From: an uncultured candidate division Zixibacteria bacterium
GTDB lineage: Bacteria; Zixibacteria; MSB-5A5; GN15; FEB-12
Reading direction: 5' to 3'
Assembly (NCBI GenBank): GCA_963735035.1
Contig: CAVTJJ010000004.1
Span: 1,152,001-1,216,000 of the forward strand
DNA: 64,000 nucleotides
Under the pieces are notes generated by a model. It was not told where the DNA came from, did no database searches, and saw nothing but the letters and a program-made list of their open reading frames with translations. This document shows positions 19,244 through 29,896 of the stretch, in pieces; positions within the stretch are counted from its first letter, which is position 1, and every line of letters begins with the position of its first letter. The translations under genes were made by a program, and so were the position numbers.

Positions 19244-21700
19244 CTAGTGAGCGGCAAAGGATTCCATGAAATCGTGCAAATCGACGATGACATCGGAAGC
19301 CTTTTGATAGCGCTCAGCCGGGTCCTTCTTCAGTGCTTTCGCGATAATATGATCGAACAGGAGCGGTACCTGCGGACGGATGCTCGACGGTTTCTCCGGA
19401 TCGTTATTAAGAATGGCGTACATAAGCGACGTGAGATTCTCACCTTTGAACGGTCGCCGTCCGAGCAGCATTTCGTACATCATGACGCCGAGCGAGAAGA
19501 TGTCGGCGCGGCGATCGATTTCCTTGCCGCGGAGTTGTTCCGGCGAGATGTAGTTGGGCGTGCCCATGGCAATACCGGTCTTGGTCATCGAGTTGGAGTC
19601 GACACGGGCGATGCCGAAATCCATCACCTTGACCCGATAGTCAGACAGCACCATGATGTTGGCCGGTTTGACGTCGCGGTGGACGATACCCTGATCGTGA
19701 GCGTACTGCAGGGCGGAACAAATCTGTGAAATCATCTGGGCGATTATTTTGTAATTGAAGCGCGTCTTTCTCTTGATCAACTCCTCGAGCGTCTGCCCTT
19801 GAAGGTATTCCATTGCGATGTACTGCAGGCTTCCTTCGGAACCGACGTCATAAATCGTCACGATGTTCGGATGTGAAAGCTTGCCGGCAGCCTGAGCTTC
19901 GCGGTGCAGGCGCTCCTTCAGCTCCGCCAATTCCTCAGGATCGCTGACGAAATCGAGGCGGATGGTCTTGAGCGCCACGGGGCGATTGATGGCCGGATCG
20001 ATGCCCCGATACACGGTACCCATGGCCCCTTTGCCGAGAATGCCCTGAATCTGATAGCGCCCCAGACTCTTGAGGTCGCTCGGGGCCAGCGTGGCGCTGG
20101 GGCTTGCGCCGAACGAAGGCGATACGTCCAGCTTTGAATCGCTTTCGGAGAACCGGTCGCCCAGCAGGGCGGCGGCATCGCTGTCAGAAAGTTTCGCCAC
20201 CGGTTCAAACCCGCCGCTTTCATGTTGCTCATGCTCGTAGACGGCGGAGCGTTCGTATGACTGCTTCTTTTCGGCGTCATCCAGGCTGATGGTTTGGTGG
20301 TCGTAGCTTACATTGCGGCCGGAATCCGACGAAGACATCGCCGAAGTCGCCACATTTTCGGCATCGTGAGGTGTGGCTTTGATTTCACGCGCGGGCGTCG
20401 CCTCGTCGAGCTTCTTGTCAGCCTTGGCGGTCTTGACCTTGGGACGAGCCGTCTTGTGGTCGGCCCGACCCCCCGAAAGCAGGGCGGTATCCAGCAAGGG
20501 CGAGACTCCCATAAACAGGAGCAGTTCGACGGCCACGAAGGCGGTCGGCAGCATCATGCCGTAAGACGAGAATAACCAGAAGTTGATATTTGCCAGAAGT
20601 ATAAGAGCGACGGCAAGAAACACAAACCGGTACATCATGCTTATCCGGGGCAGTATTAACGCCGACACCACACCCAGACCAACCAGAATCATGAGAAAGA
20701 TTTTGGCGAGGTCGGCCCGTGGCGCAATGATATTGTTGTTAATGATATTCTCTATGACAGCAGCCTTCACGAGCATTTCCGAGGCCCGATTCTGGACCGG
20801 TGTCGCAAAGTACTCGGTTTCCGCGCTGTTGAGCAGACCGACGATCACCGCCTTGTTCTTTAGGACGTCACGCTTGAAGTTGTCCGACAATACCTGTTTG
20901 GCGCTGTATTTGGCGAAGGGAACTCCCTCGGAAAATCTTATCTGGAACTCGCCGCGGTCGTTGATCGGGATATATTTGTTTGCGCCCAGTTGTACTTTTT
21001 TGTTTTCCGTGACCTTGATGTTGGCCGGTGACACCCCCAGGTAAGCGGCCGCCGTAAGGAGGCAGCTCGACGGGTAATAGTAACCTTCGTAGTTCATCAC
21101 CAGGGGCTGGTGTCTGACGAAACGATCCGGATCCGGGCGGTTGTAGTCGAAGCCCAGCAGCGGATGGTGTTGGAGCAATTTCTGAGCGGGCAGAAACACC
21201 TTGCGAACGAGCAGGCTCGAGCGTTCGTCCATCACGCCTAGAGGGTTGTCGACCGCGACCGAATTGTTGAAGAGAAATTCCGGGGTGCTCGTCTTGCTGC
21301 TTCGGAAAGTGGTCTCGGCGATGTCGTATCGAAGTACCGCCTGTTTGATCCAGCTCAGCTGGCCGGCCAGGACGTCGGTGCGTCCGGCCGCTTCCTGCGT
21401 AGCATCCTCATTCAATTCGATGTCGAGCAAAATCGCTTTGGGTTCGCCGGCGGCCACGGCCGCACTAAGATCGGCAATCAGGTCCTGGCCCCAGGGCCAT
21501 TTCCCGAACTCCTTTTGAGAGTCGGCGTCGATGTCGACCAGTACCACATTCGGACGCGGGCTCTTGGGCGCCGTCATCCGGCACAGAAAGTCATCCGATG
21601 AGCGCTGAAGGCTGCTGATGGGGCCAAAGTCATTGACCGCCAGCACGACCATCAACAGGGCGATCACCAGATATAATATGTATGGTGAGTACTTGTTCAT
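19244..21700 (-). CDS. CHASE2-domain membrane Ser/Thr protein kinase
   Basis: N-terminal TM, CHASE2 motifs (VVLVDID, GKWPW, KNKAVIVG), 3 TMs, Hanks kinase (LGKGAMG, VALK, HRDVKPAN, DFG, YISPEQ). Confidence 0.93.
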   Translation of the reverse strand: MNKYSPYILYLVIALLMVVLAVNDFGPISSLQRSSDDFLCRMTAPKSPRPNVVLVDIDADSQKEFGKWPWGQDLIADLSAAVAAGEPKAILLDIELNEDATQEAAGRTDVLAGQLSWIKQAVLRYDIAETTFRSSKTSTPEFLFNNSVAVDNPLGVMDERSSLLVRKVFLPAQKLLQHHPLLGFDYNRPDPDRFVRHQPLVMNYEGYYYPSSCLLTAAAYLGVSPANIKVTENKKVQLGANKYIPINDRGEFQIRFSEGVPFAKYSAKQVLSDNFKRDVLKNKAVIVGLLNSAETEYFATPVQNRASEMLVKAAVIENIINNNIIAPRADLAKIFLMILVGLGVVSALILPRISMMYRFVFLAVALILLANINFWLFSSYGMMLPTAFVAVELLLFMGVSPLLDTALLSGGRADHKTARPKVKTAKADKKLDEATPAREIKATPHDAENVATSAMSSSDSGRNVSYDHQTISLDDAEKKQSYERSAVYEHEQHESGGFEPVAKLSDSDAAALLGDRFSESDSKLDVSPSFGASPSATLAPSDLKSLGRYQIQGILGKGAMGTVYRGIDPAINRPVALKTIRLDFVSDPEELAELKERLHREAQAAGKLSHPNIVTIYDVGSEGSLQYIAMEYLQGQTLEELIKRKTRFNYKIIAQMISQICSALQYAHDQGIVHRDVKPANIMVLSDYRVKVMDFGIARVDSNSMTKTGIAMGTPNYISPEQLRGKEIDRRADIFSLGVMMYEMLLGRRPFKGENLTSLMYAILNNDPEKPSSIRPQVPLLFDHIIAKALKKDPAERYQKASDVIVDLHDFMESFAAH

Positions 21701-21712
21701 AGCAGCATCACT

Positions 21713-22441
21713 CTATCTTCCCACTTGAAGCCGATCTATCAACGTCTTCGGCATATCGGCCTGGCTCATTTTGGCCTGAGTAGCCTGAATGTCATATTCC
21801 ACTCGATGAAAGCTGATGGACACTTCGCCGGCATCGTAGACAACGTAGCAGGCGCGCGGATCATTGTCGCGCGGTTGTCCCACCGATCCGACGTTGATGA
21901 GATAGCGCGACTCCTCATCCGGATCGAAATCGTGTGCGCCGATCGTCCGAATCTTGCCCACCGGCGGCTGGCAATAGATTACCGGCAGATGGGTATGGCC
22001 GTAGAAAATCAACCGGTGCTTTGATTGCCGGAAAGCTTCTTCCGCGTCGCGGGCCGACAACACGTAATGCCACTCATCGGGCTCAAATGGCGACGAATGC
22101 ACGAGCAAGGCGTTGTCAATTTCGGCAGTCATTTTGAATCCGGAAATCAGCGATAATTCCCGATCCGACAATTGCGACTGGGTCCAGAAGATCGACTGTC
22201 GAGCATTCAGATTCATGGAATCCGACGATAGCACGCCGATGGCGGCGTATTCATGGTTACCCATCAGTTTGATCCGGCACCGTTCTGTCACCAGGTTCAG
22301 ACAGGCCAACGGATCGCAGCCGTAGCCGATGACGTCGCCCAGGGAACACACCTGGTCAACCTGTCGTGTCGAAATATCATCGAGCACCGCTTGCAGGGCT
22401 TCGAGATTTCCGTGGATATCCGATATCAGGGCTGTTCTCAT
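21713..22441 (-). CDS. Calcineurin-like metallophosphoesterase
   Basis: SDIHGN, LGDVIGYG, GNHE, GHTH, NVGSVGQPRD. Confidence 0.92.
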   Translation of the reverse strand: MRTALISDIHGNLEALQAVLDDISTRQVDQVCSLGDVIGYGCDPLACLNLVTERCRIKLMGNHEYAAIGVLSSDSMNLNARQSIFWTQSQLSDRELSLISGFKMTAEIDNALLVHSSPFEPDEWHYVLSARDAEEAFRQSKHRLIFYGHTHLPVIYCQPPVGKIRTIGAHDFDPDEESRYLINVGSVGQPRDNDPRACYVVYDAGEVSISFHRVEYDIQATQAKMSQADMPKTLIDRLQVGR

Positions 22442-23136
22442 CAGGCGTTACCTTCGACGAATTTGAAGACTGACTTACCGATCTGAATCAGGTCGCCGTT
22501 TTTCAACACCGCCCGATCCACCGACTCCCCGTTGATTTTCGTCTTGCCCGACTTCCCTATATTAGCCAGATAGAAACCGTCATTCTCTTTCACGATCTTG
22601 GCCTGGATTCCCGCCAGGAACATGCCTTTGGCGCGGACGTGAACAAATTTGGCTTTGCCGATCGTGGTAACTTCGCGGTCCAGTTTGTATTCGGCGAAAT
22701 CCGAATTCTCTTCGCCCATCAGAACCGACCCGCCGAACTTGGCCACGATCTGGCGTTCCATCTTATCCCGCTCGACCAGATCTTTTTGCTTTTTCGTGTT
22801 CAGCACCATGGTGCCGTCCATCGAGCTCAGCTTGTCGTCGGCAGCCCGGGCTTCGGTATGGTATACGAGAGTATACTTGCCGATGGTGATGATGTCTTCG
22901 TCGCGCAGGACTTCTTCGTTAACCTTGCGGCTGTTGACGAACGTGCCGTTCAGTGACTCATTGTCCATGATGACCGCGGCGTTGTTGTTGAACTCAATCG
23001 TGGCATGCTTGCGCGACACGCCCCGGTTTTCGAGCACGATGTCGTTGTCGTTGGTGCGCCCGATACTGATGCGCTTCTTTTCAGTGACAACGCGTTCGAT
23101 CACCTTGTCATCGAATTTGACTACTATTTCGGCCAT
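22441..23136 (-). CDS. Tandem FHA-domain protein
   Basis: IGRTNDNDI...VSRKHA...SLNGTFVN; second degenerate FHA (TIGK...TKING...LKNGDLIQIG). Confidence 0.9.
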   Translation of the reverse strand: MAEIVVKFDDKVIERVVTEKKRISIGRTNDNDIVLENRGVSRKHATIEFNNNAAVIMDNESLNGTFVNSRKVNEEVLRDEDIITIGKYTLVYHTEARAADDKLSSMDGTMVLNTKKQKDLVERDKMERQIVAKFGGSVLMGEENSDFAEYKLDREVTTIGKAKFVHVRAKGMFLAGIQAKIVKENDGFYLANIGKSGKTKINGESVDRAVLKNGDLIQIGKSVFKFVEGNA

Positions 23137-23365
23137 ACCCGAGCCCTTTCGGTTCTATGTGCACGGCTACCGTTTTCGAAGGCCTTACGAAAGTGGACTG
23201 AACAGGCCCGAGAGGGTGGCCGTAAAGCGCTGCTCTGTCTATGATTGTCGGCATGATGGGCTCGATTCTGAACCGTCACTCTGGGACCACGTTTTTCTGG
23301 TTGCTCTGGCGGTACATCATCCCCTATATTTGCCGCTAAACTGTTGTCACTCAAGAGGTGAGTTG

Positions 23366-24328
23366 ATGAATATACTTGTTGTCGCCCTCCAGAAGAGTTC
23401 CCAGCTGATGCCGGTATCTTTTGAATTGCTGACGGCCGCTCGGCAACTGGGTGGTGGGGTCACGACTGTTGTTTTGGCCGCCGATGCCCAGCCCCTGGCT
23501 TCCCAGCTGGCGGCTCGTGGCGGCGGGAAAGTGCTGGCGGTCTCCAATACAGCCCTGCAGCACTTCAATGAAGAAGTCTTTGCGAAGGTTCTTTTGGAAA
23601 TTATGGGACGAACCAAACCGGATGTCGTCCTTGGTCCGGCCAATTCCTACGGCAAAGCCTTGTTTGCTCGTCTGGCCGGTCTGGCTGGAGGGGCCATGAT
23701 TTCCGACGCTACCGGTTTAGAGCTGGACGGCGACCGGGTAGTGGCTACCCGACCCTGTTTCGGGGGTTCCGTGATCGCGAAGATGGCGGGCAAGAATGGA
23801 GCCGGGCCGCTCTTTATAACCGTGCGCCCCAAGATTTTCGCAGAGTCCAACACCGGAGCCGGGGAAGTGGTGACTGAAACGGTCGCGGCGGGAAGTCTCA
23901 CCTCGCGAACGATCGTGAAGGATGTCAAATCGGAGTCCGGTGGCACCAGGAACCTGGCTGAGGCCGACCGGATCGTTTCCGCGGGGCGTGGTATTCGAGG
24001 CGCCGAAAATGTCGCCTTGATCAAAGAACTGGCTGATTCCCTCGGGGCGGCCTTTGGTTCCTCGCGCGCCGTAGTTGATGCCGGCTGGACCGAGTATTCG
24101 ACCCAGGTAGGGCAGACCGGACGGACCGTCAACCCCAAGCTGTATATCGCGGTCGGAATCTCAGGTGCGATTCAGCATTTGGTCGGGATGCGTTCGTCAT
24201 TCCAGATCGTCGCCATCAACAAGGACAAGGATGCGCCCATTTTCAACGTGGCTAATTACGGGATTGTGGGGGATCTGTTCGAGATCGTCCCGGCTCTAAC
24301 TAAGAAATTCCAGGCCGAACTTAAGTAG
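23366..24328 (+). CDS. etfA: Electron transfer flavoprotein subunit alpha
   Basis: GSSRAVVDAGW, QVGQTG, LYIAVGISGAIQHLVGM, AINKDKDAPIF; GAGGTG upstream of ATG 23366. Confidence 0.95.
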   Translation: MNILVVALQKSSQLMPVSFELLTAARQLGGGVTTVVLAADAQPLASQLAARGGGKVLAVSNTALQHFNEEVFAKVLLEIMGRTKPDVVLGPANSYGKALFARLAGLAGGAMISDATGLELDGDRVVATRPCFGGSVIAKMAGKNGAGPLFITVRPKIFAESNTGAGEVVTETVAAGSLTSRTIVKDVKSESGGTRNLAEADRIVSAGRGIRGAENVALIKELADSLGAAFGSSRAVVDAGWTEYSTQVGQTGRTVNPKLYIAVGISGAIQHLVGMRSSFQIVAINKDKDAPIFNVANYGIVGDLFEIVPALTKKFQAELK

Positions 24329-24351
24329 CCTTTGTCCCATGCGAATAAGAA

Positions 24352-24386
24352 ACGGCCCGTCGGTCTCAGACCGGCGGGCCGTATTT
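24352..24386. terminator. Terminator hairpin between convergent genes
   Basis: ACGGCCCGTCGGTC-TCA-GACCGGCGGGCCGT flanked by A/T-rich bases. Confidence 0.7.
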
Positions 24387-24410
24387 GTTGTCATGTTATT
24401 CGACGGGCTA

Positions 24411-25862
24411 TTATGGAGCGGATTGAGCCACAACTCTGACGCTGGCGCTGTCGACGAGTTCGCCGCAATAATTAAAGCGGGTGAGTTTGACCCAATACGT
24501 TCCGGCAGTGCTAAAACTATGCGATCTGGTACCGTTATCGGTCGTGTCAGGGTTCGCTGTGCCGAACTTGAATACCCTGCGAACGACGGCCATCGAGGCG
24601 GATGAATCGGCCGCAGTGAAAGAGAAATTCGTATCTACAAGTGTGTCCGATAGCCACAAATTGATCGGAGTCAGCTGATCAGAGTAAGAAACAAGGGACT
24701 TTCGTTCCATAGAGATCGCCGTGTCCGCTCCACACGCCCCACGTACAGTGAGCTTGACTGTGTAAGTGCCAGGATTAGTGTACGCGTGGTAGGGGTTCTG
24801 AGCGTGCGAAGTATCGCCATCGCCAAATTCCCATAGCCAAGTGGTATCTCCGGTGGGAACCCGGTTAAACGCCACCAGGAATTGCCGCCCACCAACCTGA
24901 CACCCAGAGTCCGGCTGGGCGGTGAAATCAGCGGACGAACTTGGATAGGCCACAATGGTATCCTGGTAAGAGGTCACTCCTCCGGCATCGGTTGTTACCG
25001 TCAACGTGACCGGGTAGGTCCCCGCCGTGGCGTAGCTAATATTCTGGACGCCCGGGGGGCCGTTAAACTCGTAGGTAATGCCATTTCCGAAATCCCATTT
25101 CCATTTGACAATGTTACCGATCGGGGCACCGGCGTTATCTACCGGAGCTTTGGAAGAATCGGTGAACGCTACTACCAGGGGAACGCAGCCGATATCGGGG
25201 ACGGCTGTGAAACTAGGAGTTGCACAGTGCAGGACTTGAACGGAATCGGAGACAGAGTCGATACCGCATTCTCCGGTCACGGTCAGTTTGAATTTGTAAT
25301 AGCCGGGTTCTGCGTAAGAGTGCGTTTGGACGACAGAGTCGTCGGTCAGGATGGTCCCGTCACCGAAGTCCCAACGCCACGTGCGTACAATGTACGGATT
25401 GTGGGCTGTGAATTTGACCTCTTCTCCAGGGCAAACCTTGGCGGATGACAGGGATACGCTGTCGACACCATTTCCGACAATCACCGCCCGTTTTTTGGTT
25501 TCGTCATCGACGCCGCCGTTGACCGAATCGATTACTACGAGCTTGACAGTGAACGCACCTTTCTTCGAGAAGGTGTGAGTGACGCCGCCATTGTCGTCCG
25601 GGGATACCCTGATAATCGTATCCGCCTTGGTGCTGTCACCGAAGTACCAAATCCAGGTCTTGATCGGGCCGCTCGAGGCGTCCGTGAAGGTGGCGGTAAG
25701 GGGGACACAACCGGAGTCCGGCGTAACGCTGTATTCCGCGGTCGGGTCGAGCCGGACGTCGGTCTTGATGGTCTGCGTTACGAGGTCGTCGCAGCCCAAC
25801 GATATGAAAACGATGCCGGCGGCTCCGGCCAAAAGAAGGATTAAGAGATTGCGTCTGAGCAT
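24411..25862 (-). CDS. Multi-PKD-domain lipoprotein
   Basis: Lipobox SLGC; about 5 repeats with W.W.FGDG...H.Y..PG.Y.V.L.V. Confidence 0.88.
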   Translation of the reverse strand: MLRRNLLILLLAGAAGIVFISLGCDDLVTQTIKTDVRLDPTAEYSVTPDSGCVPLTATFTDASSGPIKTWIWYFGDSTKADTIIRVSPDDNGGVTHTFSKKGAFTVKLVVIDSVNGGVDDETKKRAVIVGNGVDSVSLSSAKVCPGEEVKFTAHNPYIVRTWRWDFGDGTILTDDSVVQTHSYAEPGYYKFKLTVTGECGIDSVSDSVQVLHCATPSFTAVPDIGCVPLVVAFTDSSKAPVDNAGAPIGNIVKWKWDFGNGITYEFNGPPGVQNISYATAGTYPVTLTVTTDAGGVTSYQDTIVAYPSSSADFTAQPDSGCQVGGRQFLVAFNRVPTGDTTWLWEFGDGDTSHAQNPYHAYTNPGTYTVKLTVRGACGADTAISMERKSLVSYSDQLTPINLWLSDTLVDTNFSFTAADSSASMAVVRRVFKFGTANPDTTDNGTRSHSFSTAGTYWVKLTRFNYCGELVDSASVRVVAQSAP

Positions 25863-26188
25863 TTCGGTTTCTTCCCGTGAAAAATGGCTGTCGCCGAGGG
25901 TATATACGCCGGAATGGCGACGGTGTCAATTTATAAACGCCACGGGGGGGAGAGGTTCCACGATTGCGATACAATCCTATGCGAACCTGAAGCGGGTCAA
26001 AACGATATAAGAAGAGATGGGAAGTAGAGGTTGCCACGGGGAGGTCATTTGGTTATGTTTGAGGCTTGATGTGCGGCATGCGGCCGTGGGCCCAGAAGGG
26101 AATCCGCCTTCGACCGTTATGCAAATCCGACCGGACCGGTTTCTCGGTGGACCGTGAAATTGGCGGTCGATACTCGCAGAGGTGCAGG

Positions 26189-28891
26189 GTGAGATTCTTA
26201 ACCATTCTTAGTGCAGTTCTCGTTTTGTCCGCCGGCCAGGTGTCGGCGCAACTGGCCGAAACCTACCAGGTTGAGGCTGGACGATTGACCGGGCTCGGCT
26301 CCAGCGTGGCGGTGGCTATTACCGACCACGGAGCTAATCCGGCCGGGGTCTGGCTGGCGACAGGTCACGGGGTAAGCTATTCATTTGACCAGGGGGTGAG
26401 TTGGTATGTGAACAACTCAGCCAGCGGCCTTCCGGCCGACAACCTTTCGGCTATCTTTTCCCTCCCGATGTCATCCGGCCCAGGACGGATCTGGGTAGCC
26501 AGCAATCACAGCAAGCTTATAAGCGGACTCCTGACCACTTTGTCCGACGGGCTCAGCTACTCGGACGACAACGGCGATACATGGACCACGCTGGATTTCA
26601 GTCCGAGTGGCTTGAACATCCCATACGTCATCGGGGGAGATCGCATTACCTATGACCTCACAGGTCATCACGATGTCGGCTTCCTGAACAACTTGACGAA
26701 TGATACTACCGATTGGATGTTTGCCGCATCTTTCGCCGGAGGGTTGCTGGCCTCTCAGGATGGCGGTATTCACTGGCGGCGGATCTACGCATCGCGCAGT
26801 GATTCGATTCAGTACAACACCACGACCCAGGCCCCGTCGCTGCGCAATCTCTATTTTTCTTGTGTGGCCGATACTTCGCACGGCGATTCGCTTTTCTTGT
26901 GGACCGGCACGGCGGCGGGCATATTCCAATATGTCTTCGCTCCTCCGCGTGAGAAACTGTATTCTCGCTGGATCAACCGGTTAGATATAGCCTCTTGTGA
27001 CACGTGCCCCGCCGGGGAGGGCTCTCGCGTCTTCATCGGCGGCCGATCCGGCTTGAGTCTGGCCTCGACTTTGGGCGGAGCGATTCAGTCGCGCTTCGCC
27101 GTAGATGGACTCCCGATTGCGGGTACGGATGTTGTATCGGTTTTCAGTATCGGTGACAAGCTTCTCGCCGGGACAGTGAAGCCGAACACGGACAGTTCTA
27201 CCGGGATGGTGGTCTCAGCCGACGGAGGCCAGACGTTCGAACTTGTAGCCGGCCAACCTACGGCGTTCATTGGAAACGATGTCATCTCAGACTTCGCCAA
27301 ATTGGGTGGCCGCGTTTATGCAGCGGTTCAGTCGGCGGGATTGTACGTGTCCCCGGATTCCGGGTCGAGCTGGTCTAAGTTGCCGCTCGATCTGTTGTAC
27401 ACCAGCGACGCTCTTCTTACTGCGAATTCAGTAAGTGCTGCCGGTGACACTCTCTTCGTGGGCACCGACTCAGGGCTCGTGCAATTGACTCTCGATCCGA
27501 CCGGTGATATCGTGGGAAATTCTCACGTGCCTTTCGTAGACAGCGACAGCTCCGGGGCCCGGATAGTACGAATCAGGCGCCAGGTGTGGGATAGTCACCT
27601 ACATGATACCCTCACTCCGGTACATGACGAAATTCTCTGGACGGTTCATCAGCCGCTTTCCGCCAGCGGCAGGTCCATGGTCGGTCGGTTCGGCCCGGAG
27701 CTAGATACGATTATCGCCAAGATCGATACTCCGACCGTGATTCCGCTGCATATCGACACGACCTATGCACTTGACACCCTCGGTTTCTCGTGGCGTCATT
27801 TTCGAATCGGGGCTGATGTTTACGATGTGAATTTCTTCGGCGATACGACCTTCTTCACGGGCGAAAACAGCATCATGTTCACACCGCGCATCGCGGAACC
27901 GACCAATTTCTTCTATGCGCGCCAGCTCTTCCATGATACGCTGGTGGTTGACAACCTCGACAATGATACCGTCACGACGATGGAAGTTCGTGGGGATACA
28001 GTCATCTTCGGCTGCTCGAACGGAATTGCAATTTCCAATAATCGTGGTGCCAACTTTGTAATCTACCGCGCCAATCGCGATACACTCTCGGCCGATTTTG
28101 TGGTAAACCATTCGTATCTGACATCGCTCGGCGGTCTGGCCGGCGATTTCGTTCCGTCCCTGGGAGTCCAATATCGAAGCGGCCAGCCGGCTCGTATCTG
28201 GGCGGGGTGCCGGCCGGCAGACTTCGGTGATATCGGAATTTCCTACGGTGAGTATGATACGGCTGGGATTCTGAACTGGCAGACGGTGTTCTCCGACGAC
28301 TTCGCCTGGAACTTCGAATTTCTCGGCGATACGGCTTTGGCTGCGACCAACGTCGGACTTCTTCTCAACAATGGTGTTCTGGATAGTCTGAATACTGATT
28401 GGGGCACGGTGTCGCTTACCGATCCGACCGGCCAAGTACTTGTCGAGCCGGGGACGGCCGCGTATGGTTTGAGTCTGGTCGATTCTAACGTATGGGTCGG
28501 GACCGATGGCGGTACGGTAAGGCTCAGTCGGAATGAACTGGTCGCAGAGCAGCTTTACAAACGGGTTGACTCGACCACGCCATCCGATGAGATATACGCC
28601 TTCCCGGTACCGTTCCGGCCAGGTCTGGGACAGACAGTCGATTTTCACTTTGTGGTCAAGAAGTCGGCTAACGTTACCGTCAGCGTTTATGATTTCGCTA
28701 TGAATCTGGTGGCGACACCTATCGATAATGTCTATCTCGAAGCCGGTATCTATCCTCCCGCCGACCGTCCGGGCTCGGCCTGGAACGGCTACAACGACAA
28801 GGGGGATCTGGTGGCGGTTGGAGTGTACTATTTCAAGATCGAAGACGGCTCGGGCGAATCTCGCTGGGGCAAACTGGCCGTGATACCGTAA
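26189..28891 (+). CDS. Secreted beta-propeller (BNR/Asp-box) protein with C-terminal FlgD/T9SS-like sorting domain
   Basis: Signal peptide from GTG 26189; Asp-boxes SFDQGVSW, SDDNGDTW, SQDGGIHW, SADGGQTF, SPDSGSSW; C-terminal YAFPVPF...WNGYNDKGDLVAVGVYYF...GKLAVIP. Confidence 0.85.
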   Translation: MRFLTILSAVLVLSAGQVSAQLAETYQVEAGRLTGLGSSVAVAITDHGANPAGVWLATGHGVSYSFDQGVSWYVNNSASGLPADNLSAIFSLPMSSGPGRIWVASNHSKLISGLLTTLSDGLSYSDDNGDTWTTLDFSPSGLNIPYVIGGDRITYDLTGHHDVGFLNNLTNDTTDWMFAASFAGGLLASQDGGIHWRRIYASRSDSIQYNTTTQAPSLRNLYFSCVADTSHGDSLFLWTGTAAGIFQYVFAPPREKLYSRWINRLDIASCDTCPAGEGSRVFIGGRSGLSLASTLGGAIQSRFAVDGLPIAGTDVVSVFSIGDKLLAGTVKPNTDSSTGMVVSADGGQTFELVAGQPTAFIGNDVISDFAKLGGRVYAAVQSAGLYVSPDSGSSWSKLPLDLLYTSDALLTANSVSAAGDTLFVGTDSGLVQLTLDPTGDIVGNSHVPFVDSDSSGARIVRIRRQVWDSHLHDTLTPVHDEILWTVHQPLSASGRSMVGRFGPELDTIIAKIDTPTVIPLHIDTTYALDTLGFSWRHFRIGADVYDVNFFGDTTFFTGENSIMFTPRIAEPTNFFYARQLFHDTLVVDNLDNDTVTTMEVRGDTVIFGCSNGIAISNNRGANFVIYRANRDTLSADFVVNHSYLTSLGGLAGDFVPSLGVQYRSGQPARIWAGCRPADFGDIGISYGEYDTAGILNWQTVFSDDFAWNFEFLGDTALAATNVGLLLNNGVLDSLNTDWGTVSLTDPTGQVLVEPGTAAYGLSLVDSNVWVGTDGGTVRLSRNELVAEQLYKRVDSTTPSDEIYAFPVPFRPGLGQTVDFHFVVKKSANVTVSVYDFAMNLVATPIDNVYLEAGIYPPADRPGSAWNGYNDKGDLVAVGVYYFKIEDGSGESRWGKLAVIP

Positions 28892-28902
28892 AGGAGTTTG
28901 GT

Positions 28903-29883
28903 ATGATCAGATTGATTTATTATCTGGGACTCTGTTTGCTTGTGGCCGGTGGTGCTTGTGCGGGAGACGGTGACGGTGGCTATGCCGCGCCGTGGCTCCA
29001 GGTGCCGATAGGCGCACGGCCTACTGCGATGGGCGGTGCCTACCTGGGGATTTCCGATGACGGGGCCGCGCCTTTGTTCAATCCGGCCGGACTCGCCAGG
29101 CTTGAAAAGTCCATGTTTTCATCGTCCTACCGGGCTATGACGCTCGACCGGAAACTCGGCTATGTGACCGCCGTTACGCCGGTGCGGGGGGAATCCACGC
29201 TCGGAGTACACTGGCTCTACGCGGGAAGCGGTTCGGTGCCGGCACGCGACGGCGACGGCTATCTGACCGGGCACGACATTTCTATGAACGCCCATAATAT
29301 CGCGATTGTCTTTGCCAAGATGCTCACGCCGTACTTGTCGGCGGGAGTGAACCTCAACTACATTCTGATCGATATGCCGGAACTGGACGCCAACTCGGTT
29401 GGTTTTGATTTTGGCGCCATGCTCTATATCGAGCAGCTTTTCGATCGCGAGAACCGCGACGCCCTGGCTGTTCGCGATCTGCAGGTAGGCGTGGTAGCGA
29501 AGAACTTCAGCAAGAGTTTCAAGTACGTCAGCGATAAGTACAACATGAAATATACCTCCTTGGCAGCCGGCACTACGCAGGAAGACAAGGCGCCTATTGA
29601 GATGGGCATAGGCGCGTCCGGTCGCTTCCTGGACCGGACCCTGGTACTCGCCTCCGATTTGGTCAAGACGAAGAACCAGAGCCTACGCTTCCACGGGGGC
29701 GCCGAGTATTTCGTGACCGAGCAGTTCATGCTCCGGGGCGGCTATTCGGATAAACGTCTGACCGCCGGTACCGGATACCTGTTCAAGCTGGGGCAGAACG
29801 CTCTGGCGATAGACTATGCGTTCTCTACTGACAAGGTCGACGAAGGATCTGAACACATATTCTCCTTCGACCTTATGTTCTAA
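28903..29883 (+). CDS. PorV/PorQ-family outer-membrane beta-barrel
   Basis: PIGARPTAMGGAY...FNPAGLA, amphipathic strands, terminal Phe. Confidence 0.82.
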   Translation: MIRLIYYLGLCLLVAGGACAGDGDGGYAAPWLQVPIGARPTAMGGAYLGISDDGAAPLFNPAGLARLEKSMFSSSYRAMTLDRKLGYVTAVTPVRGESTLGVHWLYAGSGSVPARDGDGYLTGHDISMNAHNIAIVFAKMLTPYLSAGVNLNYILIDMPELDANSVGFDFGAMLYIEQLFDRENRDALAVRDLQVGVVAKNFSKSFKYVSDKYNMKYTSLAAGTTQEDKAPIEMGIGASGRFLDRTLVLASDLVKTKNQSLRFHGGAEYFVTEQFMLRGGYSDKRLTAGTGYLFKLGQNALAIDYAFSTDKVDEGSEHIFSFDLMF

Positions 29884-29896
29884 GAGGTGACATTTG

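Noticed and set aside
22649..23365. N-terminal 239 aa of the 559-aa ORF as an EtfA fusion
   Set aside because: It is largely the antisense of the FHA gene; real start with RBS is at 23366
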